Positions 27,984 to 38,700 of a stretch of DNA of 64,000 bases are shown here, piece after piece. The notes below the pieces were generated by a model. The model did no database searches and had not been told where the DNA came from. It saw nothing but the letters and a program-made list of their open reading frames with translations. Numbering within the stretch: the stretch's first letter is position 1; each line of letters opens with the position of its first letter. Origin of the DNA: an uncultured Gammaproteobacteria bacterium (GTDB lineage: Bacteria > Patescibacteriota > Microgenomatia > Woykebacterales > RBG-16-39-9b). Position numbers and translations under genes: made by a program. The DNA is taken from assembly GCA_965231125.1 (NCBI GenBank), contig OZ246414.1, positions 827,239-891,238 of the forward strand, given 5' to 3'.

Positions 27984-29615
27984 TTACATCCTCTCCGGAG
28001 CGGAGATGCCGAGGAGGGAAAGAGTGTTTCGCAGTACTATTTTTGTTGCTAATATTAGATTTAGCCTGGCTTTTGTAAGATTGTCGTCTTCGGAGATGAC
28101 GCGGTGTTTTTCGTAAAACTTGTGGAGAAGATCGGCAATTTCAATTGAGTAAGTTGTTAGGTGCTGCACGGCAAAACTTTTCGAAATTTCTTCAACCAGC
28201 TCCGGAAGTTTCAAAATCCTCTTTCCCAAAGCAAGTTCCTCTTTCTCTTTTAGCAAAGAAAGATCCGCCCCGCTAAACTTTTCCTGGGTAAAACCCTGCT
28301 CTTCTCCTTTTTTTAAAATATTAGCGCAGCGGGCATGGGCGTATTGGACATAATAGACTGGGTTCACTTCGTTTTTTTGTTTGGCAAGTTCCAGATCAAA
28401 GTCTATGTGAGTGTTTGGTGAATGCGAAAGAAGAAAAAAGCGAAAAGCATCTTTTCCAACTTCATCCAACACCTCACGAGCCGTAACATAATTGCCGGCT
28501 CTTTTAGACATTTTTACTATCTCAGAACCTCTCTTAACCCTAACGTACTGATACAAAATTATTTTTAATCGGCTGACATCAAAACCTAAAGCTCTTGCCA
28601 GAGCCTGGATTTTTGGAACGTGGCCAAAAGTGTTACTGCCGAAAACATCGATTATCAACTCATACCCGCTCTCAAATTTTTCTTTATGATAGGCGACGTC
28701 AGAAGCAAAATATGTGTATGAACCATCGCTCTTAACGACAACCGCGTCTTTATCTTTCAAAAATTCCTTGTCGGCCGCAAACCACACCGCACCTTCGTGC
28801 TTTTTCAAGAGCTTCTGTGAATCAAGCTGCCCAAGGACTGCCGGTAATTTTTCTTGCAACTTACTCTCATGAACCACAAGGTCAAATTTAATTCCCATAG
28901 AGCCGGCATCATCCATTATGTCTTTAAATAAGTTTTGGACTCCGGCTTCGCCGGCTTTCTCGATTATCTGCTTTTTGGAAAGATCTTTTGTATTTCCCAA
29001 TTTTCCCTTAATCTTTTTAGCAAGCTCGGCTGTATATTCTCCCTTGTAACTAAGGTCTTCTTCATTTTCTTTGATAAACCCGGCCAAAGTGGCCAACGTT
29101 TTACCCAAATCTTTAACTTGGTTCCCTGTGTCATTATCGATATACTCTCTAAGTACCTTAAAACCTGTACTTTCTAGTACACTTGCTAGGGCGTCGCCTA
29201 AAGGTCCTCCGCGCGCGTTACCTATATGCAGCGGACCGGTTGGGTTTGCCGAAATGAATTCGACCCGAGCCTTTTTACCCTGATTAATTTCTATTTGACC
29301 AAAGGTTTTATCTCCTTCGATAATTTTTTGGATATTGCTCTGGATCAAACTTGATTGAACGTAAAAGTTTATAAAGCCTGGATTGGCAAATTCGACTTTG
29401 GAAAACTCTGGAATTTTTTGTAGTCTAGGTACAAGTACTTTAGCAATATCTGCTGGTGTCTGCGAGGCAGTGAAGCTAGAAAGTCTCAATGGCGCATTTG
29501 TCGAATAATCGCCGAAAGCGGCGGACGGTGGTTCGGAGACATCAAAATCAACTTTTGGCAGATTCTCTTTTTGCGTCGCTGTTACAATTTGTTCGGCTAT
29601 AAATTGCTTAATCAT
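27984..29615 (-). CDS. argS: Arginine--tRNA ligase
   Basis: SANPTGPLHIGNAR, KMSKR, YVQYAHAR, APERM. Confidence 0.97.
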   Translation of the reverse strand: MIKQFIAEQIVTATQKENLPKVDFDVSEPPSAAFGDYSTNAPLRLSSFTASQTPADIAKVLVPRLQKIPEFSKVEFANPGFINFYVQSSLIQSNIQKIIEGDKTFGQIEINQGKKARVEFISANPTGPLHIGNARGGPLGDALASVLESTGFKVLREYIDNDTGNQVKDLGKTLATLAGFIKENEEDLSYKGEYTAELAKKIKGKLGNTKDLSKKQIIEKAGEAGVQNLFKDIMDDAGSMGIKFDLVVHESKLQEKLPAVLGQLDSQKLLKKHEGAVWFAADKEFLKDKDAVVVKSDGSYTYFASDVAYHKEKFESGYELIIDVFGSNTFGHVPKIQALARALGFDVSRLKIILYQYVRVKRGSEIVKMSKRAGNYVTAREVLDEVGKDAFRFFLLSHSPNTHIDFDLELAKQKNEVNPVYYVQYAHARCANILKKGEEQGFTQEKFSGADLSLLKEKEELALGKRILKLPELVEEISKSFAVQHLTTYSIEIADLLHKFYEKHRVISEDDNLTKARLNLILATKIVLRNTLSLLGISAPERM

Positions 29616-30466
29616 CTTTCCATTTTAGTATACCAGCTCTCCCCATCACTAACAATTTCGACTGTTCCATTTTGATCGGTTCTGTAAACTTTTGTGCGAG
29701 CACTATCTAATAATTTAACTAGCTCTGGATTCGGGTGGCCGTAACGATTATGAGCTCCAACTGAAATAACGGATATGTCAGGCGAAAGTTTGGCTAGATA
29801 ATTCTCGTCGATTGCAGTTTTAGATCCGTGGTGCGGCACTTTAAGAAATTCTACGTGAGAGGTTGAAGAAGTGTAAGGCTGAACTTGCTCGTCAGCGTCT
29901 GAGGTTAAGAGACCATCAAAATTTTTGTAATCCAACTTTATCACGATCGCAGTTGTGTTTAAATCAGTGTACGGCTGCACCGATCTCGGCCAAATGACAT
30001 TAAGATCTACACCGTCTGGAAAGATGATTTTATCGCCAGCCCAAACGTGCACTTGGTGTAAATGTCTCTCACTGACAACCTTCTCCCATTCCTTGTAAAC
30101 CTGGGTGTTATTAACTGAGTAGCTGGTCCATAAAGTTTTAATCTGATACCTTTTGGCGACCTCGATTAAACCTGTCATGTGATCGGCTTGTGGATGCGTC
30201 AAGACCACTAGATCAAGAGTTTTATCCCAAAGAGGCAGACTCTCACCTAAAAGGCCGACTATTTTATTGTCTGGGCCGCCATCAATTAAGATCTTGTAAC
30301 CAGAAGGCGTCCTAATAAAAATACTATCCCCCTGACCCACATCCAAAACTTTTATATGCAATTTCTTATCCGGAAGCCTAAAAGCGCTTGACCAAATTAG
30401 TATAGAGAAACCCGCAAGGCCAATTATTAAAAACTTACTCTGATTTCTTTTTATATATTCTGACAT
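29612..30466 (-). CDS. ComEC metallo-beta-lactamase domain protein
   Basis: DVGQGD, THPQADH, KVPHHGS, NRYGHP. Confidence 0.9.
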   Translation of the reverse strand: MSEYIKRNQSKFLIIGLAGFSILIWSSAFRLPDKKLHIKVLDVGQGDSIFIRTPSGYKILIDGGPDNKIVGLLGESLPLWDKTLDLVVLTHPQADHMTGLIEVAKRYQIKTLWTSYSVNNTQVYKEWEKVVSERHLHQVHVWAGDKIIFPDGVDLNVIWPRSVQPYTDLNTTAIVIKLDYKNFDGLLTSDADEQVQPYTSSTSHVEFLKVPHHGSKTAIDENYLAKLSPDISVISVGAHNRYGHPNPELVKLLDSARTKVYRTDQNGTVEIVSDGESWYTKMER

Positions 30467-31646
30467 ATTTAAGTAATATAAAGATCACTACACTTAGGCC
30501 CAAATAATAACTTACTAAGACCCAAATATTTTTCTCTGGTACTTTAATTGTAGCCAAAGGAGCCTTTGCAAGAGCCTCAACTAACCAAACAAAGATGGAT
30601 AGTGGAACCCAGGCAATCCAGGCTAATAGCTGACCTAAGGGCTCAAAAAGCAAACCAAAAAAAGCAATCCCAAAACCCAGTAGTGTGGCCAGGGGTACCG
30701 TCCACAGAACTAGAGCATTAACGATTGGGGATATTATGGAAACCTGGCCAAAATTATAAAAGATTATTGGTATAACTAGAACTTGCGCGGAAAGAGTCGT
30801 AATTAAATCCTCGCCAAAAGGAGACGGGGCGTTTTTGAAGAAAGGCGAAATTTTATCTTCAAAAAGGATTATTCCGGCCGTTGCCAAGAAAGAAAGTTGG
30901 AAACCAATTTCGGAAATAACTCTTGGACTCACTAAAAGCATGATAAAAGCGGCTAAGAGCAAGCTGTAAAAAGGCCAATTCTGCCTACCGGTAAGCATGG
31001 CTAAAAAAGCCAAAACACCCATTATTGCCGCTCTGACAGTTGGTGCAGAAGCCCCGGTCATAAGTGTATAAAAAACAATCGCTCCTAAGGCTAAAACTAA
31101 AGTGTAGCGGCGTTTTATCACACCAGCCAGGAGTAAAAAGAACCCGCCAACAACACTAATGTTGTATCCGGAAACAACAACAACGTGAATTGTCCCCGTT
31201 TTTCTCAAAGCAGTTTGAAAATCCGCGGGCAAATCTTTATTAACCCCAAGCAGCAGTCCATCCATTAGTGAGGCCTGGGGCTCTGGAAGAAATTTGTTAA
31301 TTTTCTCCTCAACTACCGATCTCAAACTGAACAATCTTTCTTGGATGTTATTTGACTCACCTACAGTTTCTACCTTTGGAAAGTAGATGACTCCCTTGTC
31401 ATTTGCCTCTCCATCGATCCTTACAATCTGGCCATAATGTAACTGCGGGTATACCGAGTTGATAACTTCGTACCCTTGGAAGTTGAAATAAGCTCTTTGC
31501 CCTTTTATAGTTGGCTCGTTATTTAAAGATTCTTGAAGATTAACCTTACCCGGAGTAATTTTAGTCTGACTAAATTGATATCTGATTACGATTAAACCAG
31601 CCGCAATTAAAGAGATTGATAAGATAAGTGGAAGCTTACTGGACAC
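30435..31646 (-). CDS. comEC: ComEC/Rec2 competence membrane domain
   Basis: HVVVVSGYNI, RAAIM, GFQLSFLA. Confidence 0.9.
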   Translation of the reverse strand: MSSKLPLILSISLIAAGLIVIRYQFSQTKITPGKVNLQESLNNEPTIKGQRAYFNFQGYEVINSVYPQLHYGQIVRIDGEANDKGVIYFPKVETVGESNNIQERLFSLRSVVEEKINKFLPEPQASLMDGLLLGVNKDLPADFQTALRKTGTIHVVVVSGYNISVVGGFFLLLAGVIKRRYTLVLALGAIVFYTLMTGASAPTVRAAIMGVLAFLAMLTGRQNWPFYSLLLAAFIMLLVSPRVISEIGFQLSFLATAGIILFEDKISPFFKNAPSPFGEDLITTLSAQVLVIPIIFYNFGQVSIISPIVNALVLWTVPLATLLGFGIAFFGLLFEPLGQLLAWIAWVPLSIFVWLVEALAKAPLATIKVPEKNIWVLVSYYLGLSVVIFILLKYVRIYKKKSE

Positions 31647-32268
31647 TTACTAAATCCTTAAGGCCATCAAAAGTTTTGGGCCCGACAACTTTTTTGTTTA
31701 ACAGATCTTGTACTGAAGAGTAAGGCCGCCCTGCAATAATTTTTTGGGCTGTTACTGGGCCAATTCTTGGTAGTGTATCTAATTGCTCGGCGCTTGCAGT
31801 GTTTATATTTACTTGGCCAGAAACGCTTTGACTCCCTACCGTAGTTACTCCTAGCGCACTACCAACATCATTGCTAGAAATTCCCGTGTCACCAGAGCTA
31901 GGAATGTATAACTTTGCCCCATCCGTAATAACTTGGGCAAGATTAAGGTTTTTTGCAATCCAATCTTTATTTGCCCATTGCGTTAAACCACCAGCTGCTT
32001 TTATTGCATCTTCGATTCTGGCGCCATCATAAAGATCATAAACTTTTGGCTTCTTAACTGCCCCTTCAACATCGACTTTTATCTTTAGGCTTTTCTGCGA
32101 TTGGTTTTGGGTGGCTGTCTCAAAAACTGGAGCGGGTTTTGATATATTCAATCTTGGAATCAAAAACCCCAAACCCACGAGGATCACTCCTATTAGACCA
32201 AAAATTATTGAGGCTTTGTATTTCTCTACAAAATCCCAGATGGATGGAGGCGTTTCCTTGGCAGACAT
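31636..32268 (-). CDS. comEA: Competence DNA-binding protein ComEA
   Basis: TM, SLBB domain, INTAS...LDTLPRIGP HhH. Confidence 0.92.
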   Translation of the reverse strand: MSAKETPPSIWDFVEKYKASIIFGLIGVILVGLGFLIPRLNISKPAPVFETATQNQSQKSLKIKVDVEGAVKKPKVYDLYDGARIEDAIKAAGGLTQWANKDWIAKNLNLAQVITDGAKLYIPSSGDTGISSNDVGSALGVTTVGSQSVSGQVNINTASAEQLDTLPRIGPVTAQKIIAGRPYSSVQDLLNKKVVGPKTFDGLKDLVSVQ

Positions 32269-32345
32269 GCAGCCATTTTAGAAAAAGATTCAGGGAAAAA
32301 GCAATAGGTTATTTTAACTAAACAAGGGGAGGAGTTCTTTACTAA

Positions 32346-32756
32346 CTAATACGAGAGGCGATCGTTTTCAATTGACTCACGATATTTCTGAACCCAAGAT
32401 TTGTAGAAATCAACAAGATGAGATAAGCCTCGGGACTTTAATTCCTTATCGATTACACCACCGCGGTGCGGGTAACGGTGCAGACGGGGGTTTTCGGAAG
32501 AAAATCCTTGCGCGTAATGCACAAGTTCGTGGGCTAAGGTGTGGTCGATAACTTGCATTGGAAATGATGGGTTCGCGAACTTTCCGTTTATTGTAACGTA
32601 ACTAGTTTTATTCTTAAAATTCAACCGAATGGAACCAAAGCGGTAGCGAGCGTTTCTTCCAAACTTAACAATGATTGGATTTGTTCGGGCAACATCGGAA
32701 AAATGACTTTTCCAGATTTTATTAAGGCGTTGTCCAAGCCACAAATTATCACGCAT
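32346..32756 (-). CDS. SprT-like zinc metalloprotease
   Basis: HELVH plus downstream PH. Confidence 0.7.
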   Translation of the reverse strand: MRDNLWLGQRLNKIWKSHFSDVARTNPIIVKFGRNARYRFGSIRLNFKNKTSYVTINGKFANPSFPMQVIDHTLAHELVHYAQGFSSENPRLHRYPHRGGVIDKELKSRGLSHLVDFYKSWVQKYRESIENDRLSY

Positions 32757-32865
32757 AGATTAGCCATTAGAAAGTTAGCCACTAGAAAATTTAATAGATA
32801 CTAGAGACTAAACTTTATTTATTTGTGGTAAAAAAAGGAGTTTCCTAGATTACAGATGATCCGTG

Positions 32866-35622
32866 TTAACCATCAGTAACTAAGTTGAGTAGTCTGCCCT
32901 CTACCCAGATGATATCCTTAACCTCTCTTTTTTCAGTGTAAGCTTTTACTTTTGGCAGGTCAAGGGCCAAGCGAGCGACTAGTTCCTTAGAAATACCTCT
33001 GGGAGCCTCTAATTTATCCCTCAGGCGGCCATTTACCTGGATAACAATAGTTACTCTATCTTCTTCCAAAATACCTCTGTCGTAAGACGGCCATTTTTGT
33101 TGGTGAATCGAAAACTCCCCACCTAAAACTGACCACAGCTCTTCAGAAATATGCGGTGCAAATGGGGCTAAAAGTAATAAAAAGTGCTTCAAAATATCTA
33201 AATCTATATCAGATTTGTTTTCGTACATTAAGTTAACAAATTCCATCAACGCCGCGATCGCGGTGTTGAATTTTAGATTTTCTAGATCTTCACTAACTCT
33301 CTTAGTTAGTTTGTTCAAATCTTTGACTAATCGAGATGACTCTTTAGTTTTTGTTCTTGACAAGCCGCTTGCAACTTCGTTAACTATCGTCCAAACTCTA
33401 TTCAAAAATCGATAAACTCCGGAAATTGCTCGATCCGAAAAATCCCCACCTTGATCGTATGGTCCTAAGAACAGCAAGTACATGCGCAAAGTATCCGCCC
33501 CGTAGGCTTCGATAAATTCATTTGGATTCACTACATTGCCGCGGGATTTACTCATCTTTGCCCCCTCGTGTATCACCAAACCATGGGCCCGAAACTTTTT
33601 AAATGGTTCTTCGAAGTTAATCAAACCTATATCGTGCAAAACCATGGTGATGAATCTTGTGTACATAAGGTGAAGTACAGCGTGTTCGTTACCACCGATG
33701 TACATGTCGACTGGAAGCCACCTTTTTGTTATTTCTTCGTTCCAAGGCAGTTGTGTTTTGTGATTTTGAATTCCTACACTAGGATAACGTAGAAAGTACC
33801 AGGACGAATCTAGAAATGTATCAGAAACATCAGTTTCGCGTTTTGCAGAACTGCCGCATCCCGGACATTTTACATTCACAAAATTTGGCAGAGTGGCGAG
33901 CGGACTGACACCTTTACCTCTGGGTTGATAATCTTTTAGTTCTGGCAACTCCACTGGTAGGTATTTTTCGGGAACTGGATACCAACCCGGCATTGATGAG
34001 TTAAGAGTTTTGAGTTCAGAGCTGAGAGTTTCCGATCTTTCTGAATTCTGCCCGCCCGACGGCGAGGCGGGAATTCTGAATTCTGAACTTTCCTTTGTTG
34101 TAAACCAACTCTCCCCTTCACTCGCGCAATGTTCACAGTGAATCATCGGTATCGGCGGTCCCCAATAGCGCTGCCGGCTGATTAACCAATCGCGTAGATG
34201 GTAATTAATTGTTATTTTGCCCAAATGAGTATCTTCTATATATTTTGATATATTCTTGATGGCCTCCTTTGAAGTCTGACCAGTAAATTGTCCTGAGTTA
34301 ACTAATTTGCCTTCCCCAAGATAGGCTTTAGTTAAATCGTCATTCTGAGGCGAAGCCGAAGAATCTCCTTTAGATCCTTCACTATCGTTCAGGATGACAG
34401 GAATAATTGGTAGCTTGTACTTTTTTGCAAACTCAAAATCGCGCTGGTCATGAGCCGGCACCGCCATAATCGCCCCGGTTCCGTAACCAGTCAAAACATA
34501 ATCCGCGATCCAAATAGGAATTTCTTTTCTAGTAAATGGGTTAATTGCAAAGTGCCCAGTAAATACCCCCTCTTTCTTTTTTCCTTCTGCTTGTCTTTCG
34601 AGTTCCGTCTTTAACACTGCTTTGCTAACATAGTTCATTACTTTTTGGCCATTACCAAACCGGAGTATCTTTGAGACCAATGGGTGCTCTGGGGCTACAA
34701 TCATAAATGTTGCACCGTAGACCGTATCGGGACGGGTTGTGTAAACTGTCAAATGTTCTTTATAGCCTTTTATTGGGAATTCTATTTCTGCTCCTTCAGA
34801 CCGCCCGATCCAGTTCCTCTGCATTGTCTTGGTCGTCTCGGACCAGTCAATCCCCGCCTCCCTCGCTTTCTCACCAAGTTTAATCTTTGGTCCGTAAACA
34901 TCGGCGGGTAGGCTATCCAGATTTTTTAGTAACCGCTCGGCATATTCAGTAATCCGGAAGAACCACTGTTCGAGATCCTTCTGGACAACTTCAGTCCCAC
35001 AGCGTTCACATTTTCCGGCAATAACTTGCTCATCCGCCAGAACTGTCAAACAAGATGGGCACCAATCCACGGCTGCTTTTTTCCGTACCGCAAGACCCCT
35101 CTTGAAAAGCCGGACAAATAACCACTGCGTCCATTTGTAGTAGTTCGGATCGCTAGTTATAACTTCATGGTCCCAATCAAACAAAGCGCCTAATTTTTTT
35201 AATTGGTTTTCACGGAAATAGGTGGTAGTTTGCTTTATCAGTTCACCAGGGTGTTTGCCAATTTTAATAGCATAATTTTCAGAATTAATTCCAAAAGAAT
35301 CAAAGCCCATTGGCTCAAAGACATCAAATCCTTGCATTTTCTTAAAACGCCCAAAAGTGTCCGCCCCACCAAAAGCGTAAACGTGACCGACATGAAGACC
35401 TTCACCAGAGGGGTAAGGAAACATCATCAGATTATAGAATTTGGGCTTACGCCCAGAATTCTGCGAGCTAAGCTCTAAAAATTTTGGCTTGCCGCCAAAA
35501 TCTTGCGGCCTCTGGTCTAAGAATGGTTTTTTTGATCTTTTAATATCAACCTTAAAAGTTTTTTTCTCCTGCCAAACTTTTTGCCAACGCTTTTCAATTT
35601 CTTGAGGATTATATCTTTCCAT
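32866..35622 (-). CDS. leuS: Leucine--tRNA ligase with three in-frame palindromic insertions
   Basis: MFPYPSG..HVGH, SRQRYWG, KMSKS; start MERYNP at 35622. Confidence 0.97.
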   Translation of the reverse strand: MERYNPQEIEKRWQKVWQEKKTFKVDIKRSKKPFLDQRPQDFGGKPKFLELSSQNSGRKPKFYNLMMFPYPSGEGLHVGHVYAFGGADTFGRFKKMQGFDVFEPMGFDSFGINSENYAIKIGKHPGELIKQTTTYFRENQLKKLGALFDWDHEVITSDPNYYKWTQWLFVRLFKRGLAVRKKAAVDWCPSCLTVLADEQVIAGKCERCGTEVVQKDLEQWFFRITEYAERLLKNLDSLPADVYGPKIKLGEKAREAGIDWSETTKTMQRNWIGRSEGAEIEFPIKGYKEHLTVYTTRPDTVYGATFMIVAPEHPLVSKILRFGNGQKVMNYVSKAVLKTELERQAEGKKKEGVFTGHFAINPFTRKEIPIWIADYVLTGYGTGAIMAVPAHDQRDFEFAKKYKLPIIPVILNDSEGSKGDSSASPQNDDLTKAYLGEGKLVNSGQFTGQTSKEAIKNISKYIEDTHLGKITINYHLRDWLISRQRYWGPPIPMIHCEHCASEGESWFTTKESSEFRIPASPSGGQNSERSETLSSELKTLNSSMPGWYPVPEKYLPVELPELKDYQPRGKGVSPLATLPNFVNVKCPGCGSSAKRETDVSDTFLDSSWYFLRYPSVGIQNHKTQLPWNEEITKRWLPVDMYIGGNEHAVLHLMYTRFITMVLHDIGLINFEEPFKKFRAHGLVIHEGAKMSKSRGNVVNPNEFIEAYGADTLRMYLLFLGPYDQGGDFSDRAISGVYRFLNRVWTIVNEVASGLSRTKTKESSRLVKDLNKLTKRVSEDLENLKFNTAIAALMEFVNLMYENKSDIDLDILKHFLLLLAPFAPHISEELWSVLGGEFSIHQQKWPSYDRGILEEDRVTIVIQVNGRLRDKLEAPRGISKELVARLALDLPKVKAYTEKREVKDIIWVEGRLLNLVTDG
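34339..34398. repeat. 60-bp REP-like palindrome in frame within leuS
   Basis: GTCATTCTGAG...TTCAGGATGAC; peptide VILNDSEGSKGDSSASPQND. Confidence 0.8.
35437..35520 (+). mobile_element. Two tandem 42-bp two-hairpin elements in frame within leuS
   Basis: Peptides LDQRPQDFGGKPKF and LELSSQNSGRKPKF; removal gives KKPFYNLMMFPYP. Confidence 0.8.
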
Positions 35623-35723
35623 GCTGGTGACTATTCTATCAGACACAGTCCCACTGCGCAAAAGTCTTTATAACGTGGGGGGGTTTGACAACCACTGATA
35701 TAGTAATATAATTAAGGTAGTTT

Positions 35724-35751
35724 ACCTATGCACAGGTTAAGCGATGCATAG
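35724..35751. promoter_or_regulatory. Dyad site TATGCA-N12-TGCATA between promoter and start of giant gene 1
   Basis: Second copy at 43526-43553, 23/28 identical. Confidence 0.65.
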
Positions 35752-35758
35752 ATAAGAT

Positions 35759-38700
35759 ATGCCTACCTCTCTGCCCAAAGAGAATAAGTTAGTACCAATT
35801 GGTGAAGCCGCCGATTTCCTTGGTGTTTCAATTGACACCCTGCGTCGCTGGGACCGCTCTGGTAAACTTCACTCGCACCGCCCCGACAGTAAGAACCGTC
35901 ATTTTTATTTTAATGAGCTAGAACAAATAAAGTTCTCCCAACCGTTCTCGATATCAGAGGCCGCAGCCCGCCTTGGCATCTCCCCCACCACTCTAAGAAG
36001 GCTTGAGAAAAAAGGTTTAGTTACACCAGAAAGGAATAAAAACAGTGAAAGGCTCTACTCGCATGAGTCACTAGAAAAGCTAACCAATTCTCCTCAACTT
36101 CTTCGCCACAATCCTCCTGAAGAAAAAATTATAAGACCATTGGAAAACACAGCGGTCTTACTAAGTAAACAACCGTCAAAGTCGAAGATAAAACCAGAAG
36201 CTTTAGTTGACACTATTGTTGAAACACGAGAAAAAGTTTTAGAGAACTGGGAGAGGGTTCTTGAAGAAAAAGAAAAGGTCATAGAACTTGAGGAAAAGGA
36301 ATTCGAAACAAGAAAAAATCTTAATGCTATTAATAGGGCCAAAAGCCGTTTGTTGCGGTCATTGGCATCGATAGTTCTACTTTTAATAATTACTATCTCA
36401 GCTATCACCACTGCTTATCTTATCAGCCCTGAATCCACGGCTAAATTCTTTGGCTATTACAATCCTCGTAGCTTTCAAAATCAGTCTAGTAAGCCCGCAA
36501 CTTCTTTGGTTGGACAGCGCAGTGGAGAGATCTTGGGAATCCACTATCCAACTAATCTGCCTGCAACATCAAACCCGTTGTCTGACTTACTTAAGCCCCT
36601 AAGCAATGTATCTTTGGCTATCGTTTACCTAGTCAACCGTGAAACTTACAACAAAGTAGTTCCTGCGAAAGTACTAGCAGACGTAAATGAAGCCTTTACA
36701 ATTGATGAGGGAGGAAATCTTGCGCCACTTTACACTATCCGACTTCCCGAGAGTAGTTATCTCGAAGTTCCGGATAAAGGGCTCATCAGCAATCTTAACG
36801 CCGATTATTTACGCGGTAAGGTGCCTGGTAATGAAGAGGGTAACCTAGTTATTTTTGGCGAGGGTGGCTCAGTCGCCAATTTGAAAGTAGATGAGACGAA
36901 CCTTAAGAATGGCTCTGTAAAGGGCGGCCCTGGCGGGGTAATTGCTGACAACACAATCACGGCAAATGATCTAGCACCAGGCATTTCTTTAGGAGGTGGT
37001 GGAAGTGGTGATGTAACGGGAGTTATTGCTGGTGACGGCTTAATCGGCGGCGGAAGCTCCGGAAGCGTAACATTGAATATTGAGGTGGGTAACGGATTAC
37101 AAGTTTCGGCTGATCAACTTAATCTCGATGTGAATACAACCGGAACGACTTCAACTACTTTTGCGAATTCTGGACTGGAAACTAGCAGTAATGGTCTGTC
37201 ATTGCTAAAAGGTTGTGCTGATAACCAAATCTTAAAGTGGGACGCTGGGGCAGTCAGATGGCAATGTGAAGCAGATTCAGGTGGAGGCGGCGGAGGAAGT
37301 ATTGATATTGAAGAAGGTGATGCGACGATAACTTCTGGCGCTGGGTTCCTAGATTTTTTGGCGTCTGACTTTAATGTATCAGACTCGCCTGCTGGCGAGG
37401 CTAATGTCTCTATTGATTATGCAAATAGCGATATAACAAGAAACGACGTGGCCGAAACGATTACTGGAGGTTGGACTTTTAACACAATCCCAACTACCTT
37501 CACTACCGCCATCGATGTTAACTCCGCTTCAACAATCGCTGGGTTAACAGTTGACGGGTCCGGTACATTCACAGCGAACAATGCCGCTACTTTCCTTGGG
37601 AATATTACTGCTAATGACGCTTCGGCGGATACGATACTTATTGGTCAAAACGGTGCCACCGATGACACGGTCACCATCGCTGGCAATATCTCTCTGACTG
37701 ATGATCAGTGGTCTATTTCAGCAACTGGGGTAGCTAGTGGTCTATCCGGAACAAATACTAGTTTAACAGCTGGGGACCTTTCCTGCGCAAATTGTATTGG
37801 TGGTACTGAGATTGATGAATCTACTTTTGGCGCTCTAACTGCCACTTCGCTAACTTCCACTGGGACTCTAGATGTTTCAGGTGTAGCTACCTTTACTGGA
37901 AATATAACGGCAAACGACGCTTCGGCGGATACTATTTTGATTGGGCAATCAGGAGCTACAGACGATACAGTCACGATTGCCGGCAACATTTCCCTTACTG
38001 ATGACCAATGGTCCATTTCGGCTACTGGCGCGGCAAGTGGGCTTTCAGGCACTAACACTGGACTAACTGCTGGTGATCTTTCCTGTACTAATTGTATTGG
38101 CCCAACTGAAATATCCGATTTAACACTAACCGCTGATACTACTGGTGATTATGTGGCCACTATCACTGCTGGTGGCGGACTGACAGGTGATGCAAGCGGT
38201 GAAGGGTCAACACCAACTTTGGCGGTAGGTACTGGCTCTGGAATTACTGTCAATGCCGACGATGTGGCAGTAAACCAGAACTTCTCCTTTGCCTGGACAG
38301 CCGATCATACTTGGACGTTAGCTGGCGCCGAAGATTTGGCTATCAGTCATGACGGTACTGGCGGGGCGGTTGATATTGTGAACATTTCGGCTACTCCCTC
38401 CTCAAGCGCTGGGGCTATGAATGGTCTAGTTATCACTCAAGCTAATTCGGCGAACACTAATCCCCTTGATGCTGGGTTGCGGATCAACAATGCTGATACT
38501 AATCTAGCTATACCAGCGGCAATTCAGATAGCTAACACAGGCGGTGGTGGCTACACTACCATTATAGATAATGCGGGTACTTTGATTTCTGGTACCGAAC
38601 TTAATGTCCTGGACTCTGGAATTGATGAGTCTGAAGTAACCGGTGATATTGAAGCTGTAACAGCCGGTTCAGGACTAACTGGAGGCGGAGCCGCTGACTC

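Noticed and set aside
30980-31000. CTGCCTACCGGTAAGCA as an in-frame palindromic insert in comEC
   Set aside because: Encodes MLTGRQ at a position where ComEC proteins normally have a similar GR loop; no apparent length gain.
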